From a virus (taxonomy: Duplodnaviria > Caudoviricetes), in IMG/VR virus record IMGVR_UViG_3300027828_000554, positions 1-34,992 of that record: 34,992 bases of DNA. One strand, 5' to 3'. This document shows positions 34,173-34,992 of this stretch, in pieces. The notes below the pieces were generated by a model. The model saw only the letters and a list, made by a program, of their open reading frames with translations. It ran no database searches and had not been told where the DNA came from. Both the position numbers and the translations under genes were made by a program. Position 1 is the first letter of the stretch, and each line of letters begins with the position of its first letter.

Positions 34173-34586
34173 ATGAGATCAGTAGGGAAAGAGTATGCAA
34201 GATTTATAACCAATATCGAAGACATAGGTTGCGAGATTAGGATCCAGCCTTGCCGATATACAGGTGAAGGAAGATGGGTTTGCGTCACAGCAGTAGACGA
34301 AAAAGATGATGCATTTTGGCTGAAGTTTGAAGACTTGCTAGCTGGAGATAATGATTACATAGCAGCCAGAGACTGGTTAGAAAATGCTGAGAATCAGAAA
34401 AACGGTTGGTTTAGCATTGGCTATGGAGAAGGCCCTCAAGCCGCCATGTCAGACTGTTTGATAAAGCTACAAGTTATATGCAGAGCCAATATGAAAGGTA
34501 TCTATCAGTCTATAAAGCAACAGATATCGGATAAAGCATTTAGACCTGAAACACCACCTAAACCACCTAGGAAACCAATAGGTTAA
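34173..34586 (+). CDS. Hypothetical protein
   Basis: GAGGTG SD, 137 aa. Confidence 0.72.
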   Translation: MRSVGKEYARFITNIEDIGCEIRIQPCRYTGEGRWVCVTAVDEKDDAFWLKFEDLLAGDNDYIAARDWLENAENQKNGWFSIGYGEGPQAAMSDCLIKLQVICRANMKGIYQSIKQQISDKAFRPETPPKPPRKPIG

Positions 34587-34588
34587 TT

Positions 34589-34753
34589 ATGAAACAAACA
34601 GCAGTTATAAATGTGTGGAAATCTGGAAACGGCACCCCAATCAAAAGCGTTCATTGCGATATGAGCGACCTTCATAAAGAAATGAATAAACTTAAGAAAG
34701 AATACCCCGAGCCAGAATATGAGATTGACTGGATTGATTCGACGTGCAGATAA
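34589..34753 (+). CDS. Hypothetical 54-aa protein (below the ORF-track cutoff)
   Basis: MKQTAVINVWKSGNGTPIKSVHCDMSDLHKEMNKLKKEYPEPEYEIDWIDSTCR fills the gap. Confidence 0.55.
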   Translation: MKQTAVINVWKSGNGTPIKSVHCDMSDLHKEMNKLKKEYPEPEYEIDWIDSTCR

Positions 34754-34770
34754 TTAAGTAAGGTATAGAT

Positions 34771-34992
34771 ATGAACCATTCAAATACATTCAGTATTTTA
34801 AGAAAAAAGCTTACAGAGTACAGACAGGCTAATGGGGGAAACCCCGCGGAAATTAGTTTAACACACGAAGAAAGACTGGAGCTTTTAGCGGATACTCGCA
34901 CCCTTGGAAGATATGATCGAGACCATCGTGGAAAAGAAACTTTCGAAGGGGTTGACGTTGTTGTTGGTGAACATCTTAAGCTTTTGCCTTAA
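34771..34992 (+). CDS. Hypothetical protein
   Basis: TAAGG SD, 73 aa, stop at the window end. Confidence 0.65.
   Translation: MNHSNTFSILRKKLTEYRQANGGNPAEISLTHEERLELLADTRTLGRYDRDHRGKETFEGVDVVVGEHLKLLP

Overview
This window is about 35 kb of a temperate lambdoid, HK97-like siphophage or prophage, probably from a gammaproteobacterial host (inferred from protein families). The minus strand (about 24.2 kb down to 1) carries cro, a CII/YdaT-like gene, replication genes O and P with an iteron origin, a nin-like region, Q and a pR'/tR'-like late control region. These are followed by lysis genes (holin, M23 peptidase, Rz/Rz1), HNH, a putative cos site, terS/terL, portal, ClpP-type protease, HK97 capsid, neck, tail tube, G/GT chaperone, tape measure, and a GTA-type tail-tip module truncated at the window edge. 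The plus strand (24.35 kb to the end) carries cI, two morons, pL with operators, and an early operon containing an Xis-like gene, a C5 DNA methyltransferase, DUF2303 and a tyrosine integrase. The most striking feature is a three-enzyme cassette interleaved with the head-tail joining genes: a Maf/GT-D-like glycosyltransferase, a GT9-like glycosyltransferase and a SAM methyltransferase. The first enzyme has no start codon upstream of its conserved N-terminal motif. It appears to be made by a hairpin-stimulated -1 frameshift from the small gene following the major capsid gene. Together these suggest a virion glycosylation/methylation system. The putative endolysin is also notable for resembling vertebrate LECT2. 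All family assignments come from motif recognition by eye; no searches were run.
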